The position numbers and the translations under genes were made by a program. The notes under the pieces were generated by a model. That model worked only from the letters and a program-made list of their open reading frames with translations. It searched no databases and was not told where the DNA came from. A stretch of 64,000 nt of DNA, from the IMG/VR virus record IMGVR_UViG_3300036715_002535, positions 32,001 through 96,000 of that record; one strand, 5' to 3'. The DNA is from a virus. Shown in pieces: positions 30,746 to 42,993 of the stretch (its first letter is position 1; the number at the start of each line of letters is the position of its first letter).

Positions 30746-31218
30746 TCCGTGGAGGATCCAATCATGGTATCCAGCAACAAGCGTGGTGTGATCGTACTGA
30801 ATGAGAAGTACGGCACACGTTACATCGAAGCGGATACTCCGGAACAGAAAGGTGAGGCAGCTTGCCGAATCATTCGTGAACGCATCACCAACAAGTGGTA
30901 CGATGAGCACGAAGTTGAAATGGCGAAGATGGTTCTTGACCTGGTCGATGTCGAGAAGCGCTATGCCCGTGCCTGGTCCTTCCTGAGCAAGCGAAATGGG
31001 TACGAGTACGAGGGAATCGAAATTGTTTTTCTCGAAACGGCATCGGGGGAATGATGTATCCCATGACCAGATTCCAGCAACGGTTGCTCAAGCGCATCTG
31101 TCGGAGACTGGTCGTACAAGGACCGGACCATCAGAAGAACATCATCATCAGATCATGGACCAAGCTGCCAAAGAGCAGTTCACAGAAGACAATGTCCCCA
31201 CCCTGAGAGGGTTCCTAC

Positions 31219-31665
31219 ATGAGTGTTTCATCCATACGTGAGAAGGTCCTCGAAGTTCTGAAGGATGGTCGTTATCGAACCACCGCTGGAGTGTGGTACG
31301 ATGGTAGGTTTCTCCCGCTCTTCCAACCAGCAGACATTCGCATTGAATTAAATCTGATGGTTGATGAGGGACTAATCTCAAAGGTTCGGGATAACTTCAT
31401 CGCCTACTTCTACATTCCCCAACCAGAGAAGCCCAAGAAAGTTCAGATCACCATCGCTGGCCTCACTGGATCCGGCAAGACCATCGTGGGGGCGATCATC
31501 GAGAAAGCACTCCGTGAAGCTGGGATCCAGGTTCAACCTTTCGTTTCCAAGGATGGAGATCAGGACTTCAAGAGGGATCTCCTCGAGGATGAGAGGATGA
31601 AAGAAGTCCTCCCCACTATCTCTGTGGTTATCGAAGAGAATCAGCTTCATAAGGGTCCTCAGTGA
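31219..31665 (+). CDS. hypothetical protein with P-loop motif
   Basis: IAGLTGSGKT. Confidence 0.55.
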   Translation: MSVSSIREKVLEVLKDGRYRTTAGVWYDGRFLPLFQPADIRIELNLMVDEGLISKVRDNFIAYFYIPQPEKPKKVQITIAGLTGSGKTIVGAIIEKALREAGIQVQPFVSKDGDQDFKRDLLEDERMKEVLPTISVVIEENQLHKGPQ

Positions 31666-32142
31666 ACAAGCACCTTTCCGCAGATGTAGTCTGGTGGCTA
31701 CACGGAAAACCCATCTACGTTGATGGGGTTCAGATCGCGGAAGTGATTCGTAGTGCGGGTCACTTTACAATCCGTAACCTTCGTCCGAATGGTACAACTG
31801 GTGTCTGCTATACATCCAACACCAAGGAGGAGCTTCGTGGTTGGCTCGACAGCAACTATCCTGGTTGGAGTCAAGAGAAATGACCTTCGCAGAGTTAGTT
31901 ACCACTCAAACCTGTTGTGGTTCCGCTCTCGAGGCCTAAGCGCTCTTCGACAACAGAGATCACTTTAGAACGAGATTCGTAAGGTCCAATCATCTTATCC
32001 TTCACGACCCCGAACCAGTTCCCATTCTTGAAGTTGATCATCGCAACGGTATAGTTCTTGGTCATATCGACCAAGAATGAAATCGGTGCCCCGATGGAGT
32101 CGTTCCAACGATACCTCATAAATTCATTATAGCGGCATTTCA

Positions 32143-32173
32143 TCCTTGACGATTAAATTGTCAAGGGTATATT
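32143..32173 (+). promoter_or_regulatory. Class I palindromic promoter copy
   Basis: TCCTTGAC-gattaaatt-GTCAAGGG-TATATT. Confidence 0.88.
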
Positions 32174-32193
32174 GGTAGGTGGGAGGTTCTACT

Positions 32194-32553
32194 TTGGATA
32201 CCACAACAGATCTTGAAGTCATCCGCAAGAACGAGAACGCTTTCACGTGGGGATACGTTCTGGAAATCTGGGACATGGGTCCCTACACGATCGTGAAGTA
32301 TCGGGACCAGAAGAACGTTGCTGGCACCACGCCAAAGCTCGTTGCGAAATCCGTTAAGCATCAGCATCAGATCCTGTACGCACCTTACTTCGATGGCAAG
32401 CGGATTCCTTCTTCGTACGCCTGCCTCGAGGATGCAATGATCGGTGCGATCTCCCACGTGCAGGGCTACGAGAGAACCTCGAACAGCGCCCAGCACTTCA
32501 TTTCCAACATGCTTCAGCTCGACGAGAGACCTGTCGAATACGAGACCTGGTGA
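32194..32553 (+). CDS. hypothetical protein
   Basis: GGGAGG RBS, TTG start. Confidence 0.6.
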   Translation: MDTTTDLEVIRKNENAFTWGYVLEIWDMGPYTIVKYRDQKNVAGTTPKLVAKSVKHQHQILYAPYFDGKRIPSSYACLEDAMIGAISHVQGYERTSNSAQHFISNMLQLDERPVEYETW

Positions 32554-32587
32554 TGTTGACCTTCCGCTTCCTTTACAAGGACTACAA

Positions 32588-32791
32588 ATGAGCAACCCTA
32601 TCGTCACAGCAGATTCCCGTCGTCGTATCACCCTCGGCAACCTGGAGCCCAACAGCTTCGTGGAGATGGAGATTCTGGAAAACGGCCAGATCCACCTTAC
32701 ACCAGTTGAACTGATCCCCAAGCATCTGATTCAGAAGGGCCAGATGATCGAGGACGGCACTCCTTGCAGAATCATCCACGAGAAGTCTTGA
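32588..32791 (+). CDS. AbrB/MazE-like DNA-binding protein
   Basis: AAGGA RBS; VTADSRRRITL...ENGQIHLTP pattern. Confidence 0.6.
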   Translation: MSNPIVTADSRRRITLGNLEPNSFVEMEILENGQIHLTPVELIPKHLIQKGQMIEDGTPCRIIHEKS

Positions 32792-33972
32792 GGTATCTTC
32801 TGGCCTTTGGTCCTTTACAATTGAGGTTCCTATGCGGGTTAATACAACTACTTTGATGTTCGAAGACATAACTGCCCAGGAAGCCCTGTCGCTTCGTGAA
32901 GCGATTGTACCACTGATTCTGAATGGTACGATCTCAGAACAGGCCAGAATCTACTTTGAACATTGGCGAACCGAGCTTGGATACGATGATCGGCAGGGAC
33001 TGCTCTTGATGTCCACCGCTTTTCCTCAGAGGGTCCTTCTCTCTCTTCTGCAATACCACGAGGGGATATGAACTACGCTTTTCGCATCAAGCTCAAAGGT
33101 AGTGATCAGTTCTCCTACCTTATGATTCCTTCTTTCTGCGATCGAGGAGTCAGTCCAGAACCTGGGGTGTTTATCGAAGCGGATCAAATCGAAGCGATCC
33201 AGTATCAAGATCTAGAAGTGCCCACGATCATGCGTAGAAAAATGGGAGAGTTGGCTTGGTCCGATATCTCCCTCGGAGAAATTGGAACGCTGTTCGAACA
33301 GCAAGCGGAACAAAGGAGACTTACTTCATGACCACAACCAAGGACCCACAAGAGCAGTATCTCAAGCTCATTGGCATCATCGACCAGGCTCGGTACCCTG
33401 GAGAGTCTTCCATTGATTGCCTGAATCGAATCATCGTGGGTGATGGTTACAACATCAACGTTCGAATGAACAACAACATCTCCCAGGGGGAACTCCGTAC
33501 AATGAAGGGGTGGCTGTGGCAGGCAATCGAGAAGGCGGATGCCCCTCAGGTTCCACCTCCAGTCCCGAACCCTCTCCGCGAGTCCCTCATCCTGGCTTAC
33601 AAGCTTGGTTCAGATGGGATTCTTCCAACGGAAGAGATTCTTCAGCGCTGGCTCAATCTCGTCAACCCCTGAGGTCCCAATGAACAAAGAAGCGATTGAT
33701 GCCTTGGATGAATGCCACCAGTGCCGTCATAACCCCTTTGGCCTCTGCCCTCAAGGTGCTAAGCTGATCTTAGCCACGCAGAAAGAACCGGAGAAGAGGA
33801 AATGACCGCGGAACTTCTGAGCGACAAGGACTAAGACGCCCTTCAAGTAATCGACATCGAGAACGCTGGCGCCCTAGCACAAATCTTCAATCGTAATGGA
33901 ATGGCGATGGACCGTCTGCCCTCTGTGTCACGTGGATGACTTTACTCACGTAGAAGGTTGCAAGCTCTACCG

Positions 33973-34356
33973 CTAGAATTTCTGGTTGTGAAGATACAAA
34001 GCGAAAGCTTTGTCTTCTTGATCAATGTGTTCAACCAACCACTCGATCAACCATTCAATCGTTTTCTCTTCTAGATTCTCTGTATGAATCAACGCGAGTT
34101 TTGCTTTCATTCCCTGATGCAGAAGAACATGTTTCGTTAAGTCCGGGAACTTAGCACGTTTCATCATTTCTTCTTCAAGAAGGAAATGTTCTTTTGTGTA
34201 GTCATTCAGAAATTTTAACAGTCCAGGAATATCCGTATTTGCGTGAATATGGACTGCGTTGAATAATCTCTCGACATGACCAAATAATTCTCTATGTTGA
34301 GTATCGATATCCTCAATAAAAGTATCCCACTCTGGTCGCCAGGAGAGTTCAATCAT
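33973..34356 (-). CDS. Bacteriohemerythrin (second copy)
   Basis: W.PEW....EDID.QH, HF.LEE, H...H, WL.EHI.QED. Confidence 0.88.
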   Translation of the reverse strand: MIELSWRPEWDTFIEDIDTQHRELFGHVERLFNAVHIHANTDIPGLLKFLNDYTKEHFLLEEEMMKRAKFPDLTKHVLLHQGMKAKLALIHTENLEEKTIEWLIEWLVEHIDQEDKAFALYLHNQKF

Positions 34357-34754
34357 ACCTTAAAGATCTTTCTGACAGCCTTTTGAACTGCCGTGGAAAG
34401 TTCCTTGGGAACCTTCAAGTCAATGAGGGCATCCAGGATCAGGGTATCCCACTCGTCCGGGCTACCATCAGTATCCCCGATGTGCTTCTCTACGCGCTCC
34501 ACCACTTTCTTTGCCCAGACATCCGCAGGAGTAACCTTTGGAGTCTTGGGAGTGACTACGCGGAGGGTACCAGAGGGCATAGTGAACTCACCCAGTCCAC
34601 CCTCAATAGGCTTCAATCGAAGCTTGCCATCTGGCTTGACTTCGAGAACCTCGTATTGTACTTTCGTACCTGGCTGGGAAACAATGTCACCCACCTCGAA
34701 AACTTCGGGACCGCGCTTCTTGGCGGCTACTTTTGCGATGACATGAATCTTCAT
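34353..34754 (-). CDS. hypothetical protein, KLRIxA N-terminal family
   Basis: GGGGTTAAGAAAT upstream (34769-34781); begins MKIHVIAKVAAKK. Confidence 0.65.
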   Translation of the reverse strand: MKIHVIAKVAAKKRGPEVFEVGDIVSQPGTKVQYEVLEVKPDGKLRLKPIEGGLGEFTMPSGTLRVVTPKTPKVTPADVWAKKVVERVEKHIGDTDGSPDEWDTLILDALIDLKVPKELSTAVQKAVRKIFKV

Positions 34755-35252
34755 TCGAACTACCCCTTATTTCTTAACCCCGTGGACCCTCAGATTTGAT
34801 AGTCGTACCGTAGATGTTGAACTTCTCGCTCAACACTGGAATCGTAGTTTTTCTTCGAAGCCTCATCTTATTCCCCGAAAGAAGGTCGTTGGTCTTTCCA
34901 GTAAGATTCCGGGATAGCATCAGGATCGCAATCACGACCATTTCGAACCGCCGGCTCACCACAACCCTCCTCTTTACAAATAGAACTCGAGATCCGGAAT
35001 TTCATAGTTCACCTTAGAAAATTATAAGGTCAACTCTTCTTTCTTATTTCGGTCCATCAACCACTTAATCACTCCAAAAAGAGCTGCCCAACCACCATAC
35101 TCCTTCACCAAACGGGTGATTGAGATCTTCCTTGCAGAAGATCTCAGTTCCAATCACTACAGGGGTGATGGGTCGATCACGTTCAATGATTCGATGGGTG
35201 GCAAAAACTTGACCCAACGAACTCACTGCCACGTAGTCCCTTCGATGCTTGA

Positions 35253-35864
35253 TCACTTGCACCCTTCATCCGTCATGTCGCTAGACATGAAGTCGGAAAG
35301 AGTTCCATCATGTTCGATTGCTCGATTGACCAGGTAAGGACCTTCCAGTTCACGAATGGTGTTACGAAGGATGGTTTCGAGCTGACCGCCGATCTTAAAT
35401 CTGGGTACGTGGACATCCAAACTCTTTCGGATGTCTCCATCTTTGTAACGCTTGGTAGAAGCCATCCAATCGCACATCATCTCGATCAGATCAATGAGGG
35501 ACATCCCATCAATTCCATCCGTATAGTGTTCCGGATGGTGAAGATTGCAGCGGTAGTGGTGATCTATGGCCGGCTTCATGGCGTCTAGGAACGCTTGATA
35601 CTCTGGGGATCCGTATGACACACCGGAAGCCAGATGCGTGTATTTTGCGAAGTATGGGAGCTCTGGGTCGTAGAGTTTGGACCTGTCATGGGTCTGGGCA
35701 CGAAAGTTCAGGCGCTCGGTCACATTGGCGATGAGACCCTTTACCAGCTCGATGTGCTCGAGGGTAGCGCGGTTGGTGATCTTCTCCTCATGGATCAATT
35801 CGCGACCAACCGAAGATCTTGGAATGGTCTGAAAGTCCGGTCCGGTGCTATGAAGCTTCGCCAT
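35253..35864 (-). CDS. HD-like protein (DUF5662-like)
   Basis: HD.SKL, HHY..N.HHPEHY, DLIEMMCDW; start ATG 35864 uncertain. Confidence 0.7.
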   Translation of the reverse strand: MAKLHSTGPDFQTIPRSSVGRELIHEEKITNRATLEHIELVKGLIANVTERLNFRAQTHDRSKLYDPELPYFAKYTHLASGVSYGSPEYQAFLDAMKPAIDHHYRCNLHHPEHYTDGIDGMSLIDLIEMMCDWMASTKRYKDGDIRKSLDVHVPRFKIGGQLETILRNTIRELEGPYLVNRAIEHDGTLSDFMSSDMTDEGCK

Positions 35865-36965
35865 CACTGATCCTTCCAGAAGTAGTAGGTCATCGCGGAA
35901 CCAAACCCCCAGAAGATCGTTGTGACCCACTGACGGAAGGTCCAGGCTCGATCCGTATAGGTACGACCGATCCAGTTTTCCAGATGGCGGAAGACCGGAA
36001 AGATCTTCCACATAAGCCATCCGAAGAGAAACCCAAGGAGTAACGCGATGATCTCGCGCTGGTAGCGCTTCAAGAAATTACTCCGCACAGACCCTCCACT
36101 TCTTCTCGAAGGTCTTCCAGGTAACCCAACCGGTCCAGAAGCCATAGTCCATGACCTTGACCTTGGTTCCCTTGACCTCGAGAACCTTACAGAGCCGACC
36201 ATTCGGATTTCTCTGTACGTACTTACCCACCAGGTTTTTCATCTATTCCACTTGGCTTTCCAGTCACCTTTGAATTCCTCGACTTCCATCCTGGCGCCTT
36301 CGACCGCTCCATAAAAGAAGCGGAAGAAGATCACTGGTAAGTACCAGATGAGGAGCCAGACCAGATGGTGGACTTGAGAAAGTCTCCTCGAAGGATGTCA
36401 CCCTTCTTGGGAATTTGTTCCTTCCAACCAGTCACGTGGAACTTGGTCTTGTCCGTGAGGTTGGCGAAGATTGTTTCATCGTTCCACTGGATTCGGTCAC
36501 CCCAACCGCCACCGATTGTGAAAGGGTTTTCCATGGTTCCGAACATCAGAAGCCTCCAGTGATTATTTCTTCCGCCTGCTGATCTCCATGTTGCAATCGA
36601 ACGGATGCGATTGCCTCAACCCATCTGGAAGGGTACCTTTCTGGAACATCGTCGCACCGGGAGACCTTCTTCTCCGCTTCTTTTCGACCCATTTCATATT
36701 CGTCGATGCAGAGAAGTATGGCTTCTTCCTCGGTCATTTCGAAGTGAGTGAAGTGATCCACAACTTCCGAAAATCTCGCGATCTTTCTGTTGGGTTGACG
36801 AACGAATCTCCAACCCATCAGAACCTCTTATCTTTCTTTTTGTCTTTCTTCTCTTTCTCTTTGTCCTTGAGGGCTTCTTGAATTGCAGCAGGACCAACGA
36901 TGGTGGTGACCGCAGTCAACCCTTCAGCAACTGCGTAGAAAAGAGAAAGTAAGGGAAACGCCATG

Positions 36966-37424
36966 TTACTCCTCCACGATCATGAAGTAGGGCATACCAC
37001 CAGGTAACGCAGACCACATCTCACGAGGCATGAGAATCCTGGCTTGTCCAGAAGCAACTCCCAGACATAGGAGCTCATCCACATTGACATGCTCACCCCA
37101 CTGCTCCTCGAACCGATCCACGCACGCCTGAAGGAAAGACCACCCACCACCGGACTTCTGGCGGAAGGTCTCAGGGAGCTCCATCAGTAGAGCTTTGATC
37201 TTGCCAGAGTTCTCCTTGAGACGGCCCGGATGAAAACCCACGTGAGCCATCACCCCATGAGCTTCCACGAATCCTTCTGGTGGTTGACCATCGGTCAACT
37301 CCTCGTCACGGAACAGGCAGTCCATGAAAACGCTGTGAACGGCTTTAGCGGTTAGCTTTGGCATCGTTGGATTCTTCGATTGAGCATCTGCGAGGATCTG
37401 GGATTCAGTCAGTTCGTCGCTCAT
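36966..37424 (-). CDS. hypothetical phage protein
   Basis: GGGWSFL..C.D....QW...LPGGMPY motif. Confidence 0.65.
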   Translation of the reverse strand: MSDELTESQILADAQSKNPTMPKLTAKAVHSVFMDCLFRDEELTDGQPPEGFVEAHGVMAHVGFHPGRLKENSGKIKALLMELPETFRQKSGGGWSFLQACVDRFEEQWGEHVNVDELLCLGVASGQARILMPREMWSALPGGMPYFMIVEE

Positions 37425-38241
37425 TTGACCTTCTCCAGAAACTCATCGACTATGACCATTAGCACGAGGGTGATGCCCACCCCGATCCAGCCATTGGCAT
37501 CACTTCCGGTGTTGTGTCCAATGGCACAACTGATGAAGAGACCACCGAAGAAAAAGAGAAACTTGTTAAGGTCTGTCATTTCGCCTCCGAGACTTCGATA
37601 GAATCAACATACCAGGAATTCTTCTGCACTTCTGGGTGGAACTTCTCGAACAGGTCCGCAGCGCAATGCCGAGCGAAGTAGGTCTCAGAAGACTCCACTT
37701 CGTACTCAGCAAGGGTCTTCTTGGTCTCGCGATCAATGACCACGCACAGGAACTTGATCACTTCTTCACCCGCAGATACTTGAACTCAGGATGCTGATCT
37801 TTCGCCTTCTGCACTAGAGGAAGACCGTTGGCCACCCGCAGGACCTCGTTCCGATCTTCCTCGGACATGGATTCCGGAAAACCGGGATCCCAGGAACCAT
37901 CCGGGCGGGAAGAAGGCCACTCAGGGATTTGGTCGTACCCACGCCTCTTGCATTCATCGCGGAAGCGCTTACGTGCATCCTTGTCCGGCATATCGATGTA
38001 AATGGTGCTCACTTGAGACTCCAACCGTAACCAGGTTCCTCGGGACGAAGGATGGTCAGACCATCCGAAGTTGTTTCCACTGCAGAGCCAGGAGATGAAG
38101 AAGGTCCTGTTCGTAGTGAATCTTGCACAGGAGATCGCAGAACTTATGCTCGCCTACCATCGAGCCACTTGCCGGGCATTCCTTGCCGCAGTAGGCGCAT
38201 GGTCGACGGTCAGCTTGGCATCCCGCAGCACCTGTTCCATG

Positions 38242-38550
38242 TTAGTTCCACACTTTCTGGATGGTACGACGAACGATTTCGGTCTGGCTCTGAGCGACGG
38301 CCAACTCCCTGCCATCCCAGAGGGAACGAGCGACCCAGCGGCAACGACCTTCGTGGTGAATGACCGCAGCGGTCCCATTGCTCGGAAGGGACAGACCTTT
38401 GTGGTTGTCAGGGTTCAGCCAGAGATTGAACGTGTTGGCGTCCCGGCTCGGCTTGAGCTTGTAGTTGACCTGCCTCTGGTGCATCACAAGGCGCAGAGTG
38501 ATCTCCTCCTGCTCCGTGTTGCGGTTGTGAGGTCGACTGGTTCCAAGCAT
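38242..38550 (-). CDS. hypothetical protein
   Basis: GGAGG RBS after class I promoter. Confidence 0.6.
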   Translation of the reverse strand: MLGTSRPHNRNTEQEEITLRLVMHQRQVNYKLKPSRDANTFNLWLNPDNHKGLSLPSNGTAAVIHHEGRCRWVARSLWDGRELAVAQSQTEIVRRTIQKVWN

Positions 38551-38567
38551 AGTTCCCTCCACCTACC

Positions 38568-38597
38568 AATATACCCTTGACAATTAAATCGTCAAGG
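38568..38597 (-). promoter_or_regulatory. Class I palindromic promoter copy
   Basis: Minus strand CCTTGAC-gatttaatt-GTCAAGGG-TATATT. Confidence 0.88.
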
Positions 38598-38772
38598 TGG
38601 AATTCCGGATTACTTCCGATACCACCTAAGAAATTCTTCCTTCAGGCGACGCGGTATGATCCGAATGTGGGTGGCCGAAAGCCTCTTCCACCAGCTGAAG
38701 TGTCTTCGACGCTCTCTTCCAGAACGACGGTTCCAGATATCGCAACGTTGAAGATGATCTTTCCCTTCGATA

Positions 38773-39033
38773 TCATGGATGGATCTGAGTGTGGGTGAAA
38801 ATACAAGTACCAGGTTTCAGCAAACTGGAGTCCTCATTGTTCATCACATATAGGATGGTGACCGGTCCGCAGGAACGTCCTGTTAGCTTGCCGCCTGGAT
38901 CGCACTCATGGAAGGTGACCTGATCCCCCGCGGTAAACGCTCGGTCCGCAGTAGAGCGAAGCTCCCACGGCTTGAGGTCCGTCGCCTTCATATCGTACCA
39001 CTTGGGATGAACTCTCAGTTGATGGTGAAGCAT
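38773..39033 (-). CDS. ASCH/PUA-like (DUF3850-like) protein
   Basis: H.L...P.WY......K.WELR...DR.F.AGD...F.E. Confidence 0.7.
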   Translation of the reverse strand: MLHHQLRVHPKWYDMKATDLKPWELRSTADRAFTAGDQVTFHECDPGGKLTGRSCGPVTILYVMNNEDSSLLKPGTCIFTHTQIHP

Positions 39034-40063
39034 TTCAACTCCTGCGCAGGATCGTCTTCGTAGGCTACACGACAGACTGCTTTCTGAGCGATGGATCTGG
39101 GATCTGTTAAAGGATCCTGATAGATTTGAAGTAGTGCTTCTTGGTAGATAACACGGTGTCTCGAAGCCTCACTCCACTCATGTCTGGCACGAAGGGTATC
39201 GTACACCAGAAAGATGATAACGAGAATCAGTAATGCGTAGATCATTTCTTTCGATCCTTGAGGAACTGGATCAGCTCTGCGCAACCATTGAGATGATCGA
39301 CCAGGGATTCCGCGATTTGATCTTGGCTCTTTTTGGTATTCAGACCTTTGTGATAGAGGGATACCTTCTTGCACTCCGCACGAAGCGTTTCACTAAGAGG
39401 TCCTCCAAAAGCAATCTTCGAGGGAGCTGGTGTGATGTGAATTGTGGAGAAGGGTTCAAAGTCCAATTCAGGAATGATAGTGATTACTCCATCTTGGTAG
39501 GAGAAGATAGAAAAATCTGGGTCAGTGATGTAAGACTTCTTCCAGGGCATCAGGACCTCCCGAGGAGTTCTAACGGCATGTACTTGTTCGTGGTGAGGTC
39601 CGCCGCCAGCTCATCTCTCGTGGAACCTTTACCATTGGAGATCAGACCATCGCTAAGGGAGATGGAGAAGTAGGCTTGGGGACGAAGAGGGTCGTACCCA
39701 ATGATCCACACCTCGTTCAGACCATCCTTAGAATATCGACGGCCAGCTCGAATGTCGTTTGCCTCCCAGAGAACTTTCATACCCTCACCTCCCTTTCGAG
39801 TGCCGTCAGAAATAACTGATGCATATCCTCCAGCCAGCGGAGGGTGACAGTATTCTGATCAAAGTTGACCCCTTTACTGCAGGTCCAGAATAGATCCATC
39901 GTCTTGTAGACTAGAGCGCCCAAGAGAGGATCCACTTCCTCTACAGCACGAATGGTGTCGTAGGTGCCCTCAGTCAGAGCCCCCTCCGGAAGTGGGAAGT
40001 TAGAACGAAGATTGTCCAAACTATCCTTGAAGATATTCAAGACCTTCTGAGTGTTGGATCGGT

Positions 40064-40555
40064 TCATGCTTCCTCCAGTTCATCTTCCCAATGGGACTGA
40101 ATGTCCCGTTCGAGTCCATCGTTGCTTGCCTGCTTGAGGATTTCTAACCACTTGAGAAAGGCAGCGGCATTCGATCGTGAAGCTTTCCTTGGAAATTCCT
40201 TACGACGAGTGTCAGTCAAGAACCGAATCCGACCCAGCTCATGAACCGCAGCTCGAACTGCAAGGTTTTCCTTCGAGTGAAGCCAGTTGTCCCGGATCAG
40301 TCGTAGAAAGATCTTCTCGTAAATGACCAGGGCGGTGAGGAGCGGGTAACTATAAGAGTCCTTTAAGAAGTTCCGCTGATCCGAATTGAGTCCACGACGA
40401 AACTTCCCCCAGTTCTTCCGCTTTTCCAACTTGTAGGTGTAAATCGCACAAGCCTTCGCAGCACGGGCCTGGACGGTTACGTAGTGCTCATCGGTGACAT
40501 AATGAATCATAGAGCATCCACAGCTTTTTACCCTTGCTCTCGCACCAAGGTTCAT
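40064..40555 (-). CDS. hypothetical protein
   Basis: Coupled ORF. Confidence 0.55.
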   Translation of the reverse strand: MNLGARARVKSCGCSMIHYVTDEHYVTVQARAAKACAIYTYKLEKRKNWGKFRRGLNSDQRNFLKDSYSYPLLTALVIYEKIFLRLIRDNWLHSKENLAVRAAVHELGRIRFLTDTRRKEFPRKASRSNAAAFLKWLEILKQASNDGLERDIQSHWEDELEEA

Positions 40556-41187
40556 TTGGACCTCAAAAGTTCTGCGAGTTGGCGACCCATGTTTGACTGG
40601 GCTCGGGAATCCATTTCTGGATCGTGGTTGAAGATCTTGGGAAGGGAAAGCATCCTCACGAGGAAGTCCCTGCGACCCTCGATCATCTGGGATTCGAGGA
40701 ACCTGCTGCTATACTCTTCGAACAAGAGCTTTCCATGGTAGGTGTATTCGTCGTAGGGCAATGCGAGTGTAGCCAGATCCAGGTCACCCAGATCGTTTAC
40801 AGAACCCTGGGTTTCGTAGTAGGCGGTGGAGAGGATCATTTCACTGATTAGGGCGGCGGATCCTACAAGAGGATCAACATCCAACGCCTTGCAGTCCTCC
40901 TCGAAAAAGATCTTGCTCTGCATCTCATTGTCCGAAGCACCTGGACTGTAGATGTAATCATGATAGAAGATAGCAAGCTGAAGGTTCGACTTTCGCACCT
41001 TGGAAAGAGTGAGTTCTTCCAAATCCTGAAGCATCCGCTGAATGTGGAACAGATTGTGGTAGTGCCGACCCAACTTGCTATATTGATGAATCAGCGCCAG
41101 ATACTTTCTGCGAGTCACTTCTTTGTCCGCAGAACCTTGGGAAACGACTGTCCATGCGCTATAAAAAAGATCCCACATGTCCATCAC
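40552..41187 (-). CDS. HD-superfamily metal-dependent phosphohydrolase (COG4339-like)
   Basis: RHYHNLFHI, AIFYHD.IY, DNE..S, DLDLA.LA. Confidence 0.82.
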   Translation of the reverse strand: MMDMWDLFYSAWTVVSQGSADKEVTRRKYLALIHQYSKLGRHYHNLFHIQRMLQDLEELTLSKVRKSNLQLAIFYHDYIYSPGASDNEMQSKIFFEEDCKALDVDPLVGSAALISEMILSTAYYETQGSVNDLGDLDLATLALPYDEYTYHGKLLFEEYSSRFLESQMIEGRRDFLVRMLSLPKIFNHDPEMDSRAQSNMGRQLAELLRSK

Positions 41188-41549
41188 AGAACTCCTATCG
41201 GTACGGATGAAGCGTAGCTTTACTACTTCATACGGGGTTGTATTCTTCTTCGTATTTGAAGGTATCAGGATCCATCGCAGCTAAGGCCATTGTTCCAGCC
41301 CATCTTCGGAACTTGTCATCAGTTCCTTTGAATGTAGCACTCAAGACTTGGATGCTCTCTAAGGCTTTCGTGTATCTAGTGGCTAGGTTGGTGTTGTTGT
41401 AGACGGCTTGAATGAGTGTAGTGCATTCTGCTTGTTGTATAGGATCATCTGACCACATATAGGCTCCTACATTACTTACTTGATCCCGAAAGTGATGGCG
41501 TCTGTGTTTGGGTGAGTATAAGATCTACGGTCAATTTGCACCTCAGACT

Positions 41550-41580
41550 AATATACCCTTAATAATTAAAAAATCAAGAG
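41550..41580 (-). promoter_or_regulatory. Degenerate class I promoter copy
   Basis: Minus strand CTCTTGAT-N9-ATTAAGGG-TATATT. Confidence 0.6.
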
Positions 41581-42758
41581 CGGTTTTGCTTGTGTAGCTG
41601 ATCCAGTTCGCGTCGTTCAAGGCCTCGCTTCATTGTACCGTTTGAAAAGATTTGCCCACTCCCGCTTGGCGAATTCGTACAGCTCCGAAGGAGTCATACC
41701 CTTCGTTCGAAGATTGACATTGCAGAACCGCATATCCCTACGACGGTCCTCGAGTGTGAAAGTTCGATCGTTAAAGGTCACGGAGACCATATCGAATACG
41801 CGGGTTTGAGTCATTTCGCACCAAAGGCTTCAAGGACTGGATGGAGGAGCTGCCACTTATTACCATCCGAGATGGCCTGAACGGTGGAGTCGATGAAGGC
41901 AGTTTCTGGATCCCCTTCAATCCACACCGCCACGATCTGATCCCCAGTCTGCTCAGCTGCGAGCTTGAAAGCCTGAACAGCCTTCTGGCGATCGGAAAGA
42001 TCCATTTCACCCTTGAAGGCCAGCTTGTAGGTCTTGCGAGCAGCGAGCCGCTTGGAAGATTCGAAGACATCGAAGGCGTGCATCATCGAATCCATCTGCT
42101 TGGACCCAGAGATCACGTGGATGGTTACGGGACTGGGAATCTTCATGCTACCTCCGTGGGTCCTTCTTGGAAAGTTTTCTTGCAGACAGCATCCAGGGTT
42201 CGGGTATTGTACACCGCTACCCAAACATCCCCGATTGCTTTCTCCCAGCAACCATTGGTGGAACGGCGGTAGAGGAACATGTCGTTTCCCTCGAAGAACT
42301 GGTAGGTGCCATCTCCTCTGTAGTGATCGAACTCGAAAGCAACCTTCGACTTGGTCATCACCTTGGGAAGCTGTTCGCAGTAGAAGCAACCCTCCCGAAA
42401 ATCCAGATGCGCGGAACACGCACCAGCAACTTCTGTTTGGGGATCCAGGTCATTTCAACCCCTTTCGGGTAAGGTCTTCCAGAATAGTGGCACGCTGACG
42501 AACGAGCTCTTCCAGGATGCTTCCCTGCAAAGGACGGGAAGTTGTATTGAATTCCGTTTTGAAATTGTCGATGGCAAGCTCGATACGGAACAGCTTGAGC
42601 AGATCCTTGATCGTGGCATCTGCGGTCTTGCACTCTTCCAAGAGACGATCCCGTTCGTCGACCACATGGTCTAGCTCGTTATTCAAACGATCGATCTCTG
42701 ACATTTCTACCTCAGGGTTTTAGCGAATCTTTCCACGCGGAAAAACCACTTCATTACA

Positions 42759-42790
42759 AATATACGGTTGACGAATTAAAATGTCAAGGG
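42759..42790 (-). promoter_or_regulatory. Class I palindromic promoter copy (variant)
   Basis: Minus strand CCCTTGAC-N10-GTCAACCG-TATATT. Confidence 0.8.
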
Positions 42791-42993
42791 TGATAGTAGT
42801 ATTTCCCCACGAGGGCAATTCCACCCACGACAAGGGGAACTCCCAGTCCTAGGTGGAGCCAGATCGTATTCCGTGTACGACCTGCCTTGAGTCCGAAGTA
42901 CCATCCCCAGACCCACATTAAGATGTAGAGCCAATCGAAGTAGAAAACTCCAAACTTGTGCAGGTATGTCGCCATGGATCCTCTAACCGAAAA

